Source: a virus (taxonomy: Duplodnaviria; Caudoviricetes). Taken from it: a stretch of 34,431 bases of DNA. A program made the position numbers and the translations under genes. This document shows, piece after piece, positions 34,214 through 34,431 of this stretch. Numbering within the stretch: the stretch's first letter is position 1; every line of letters begins with the position of its first letter. Where the stretch lies: positions 1 to 34,431 of IMG/VR virus record IMGVR_UViG_3300044723_010151. One strand, 5' to 3'. A model generated the notes under the pieces. The model was not told where the DNA came from. It did no database searches and saw only the letters and a program-made list of their open reading frames with translations.

Positions 34214-34431
34214 ATGACTGAATTAGCTACATTAAGACAAGAAGTTTACGATTACATTCACAACATGTTAGGTGGAGGAATGGTAGATGTAGAGCTTGAT
34301 CCTGTACATTATGAAACTGCTTTAGACAAGGCTTTATCAAGATATAGGCAACGTACTGAAAATAGCACAGAAGAAAGTTATTTTTTTATGCCAACAATTG
34401 TAGATCAAAACACTTATACCCTTCCAAAAGA
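34214..34431 (+). CDS. gp13: T4 gp13-like neck protein, N-terminal part (runs off window; absent from ORF track)
   Basis: SD AGGAG, then ATG 34214: MTELATLRQEVYDYIHNMLGGGMVDVELDPVHYETALDKALSRYRQRTENSTEESYFF... matching the gp13 'YI...LG...V.VEL.......A...AL..Y' start. Confidence 0.75.
   Translation, partial: MTELATLRQEVYDYIHNMLGGGMVDVELDPVHYETALDKALSRYRQRTENSTEESYFFMPTIVDQNTYTLPK

Noticed and set aside
1-34431. Stop-codon recoding, CRISPR arrays, tRNA/rRNA genes, transposases
   Set aside because: The standard code gives near-complete coding coverage with intact very long ORFs. Intergenic gaps are all under 90 bp and no such elements were recognised.

Overview
AT-rich segment of a large T4-like (myovirus-type) bacteriophage genome, covering the late/virion morphogenesis region. 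The + strand (1-30136) carries a tail-fibre end with a likely adhesin, small adaptor-like proteins and three giant modular virion proteins (1705, 1992 and 2320 aa). It also carries a cassette of three ~10%-Cys Gly-rich adhesin-like paralogs, a tail-fibre-assembly-like protein, a GT9-like glycosyltransferase, a NodU/CmcH/TobZ-type carbamoyltransferase and an FmdB-type zinc ribbon. The - strand (30133-34169) carries gp14-like neck, gp15-like tail terminator, Nudix, cupin and GmhB-like HAD genes. A gp13-like neck gene starts divergently at 34214. T4-type late promoter motifs (NATAAATA and variants) precede most gene blocks. Two observations stand out. (1) Seven repeats in two giant virion proteins match, in register, the phycobiliprotein chromophore helix (C-x-R-D..Y.L....Y.L..GG) and its flanking helices, suggesting globin/phycobiliprotein-like and possibly bilin-binding domains on a virion. 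(2) A putative virion-protein decoration system combines Cys-rich adhesins, a glycosyltransferase with an altered catalytic-base position and a carbamoyltransferase. All family calls come from motif recognition by eye; no searches were run.
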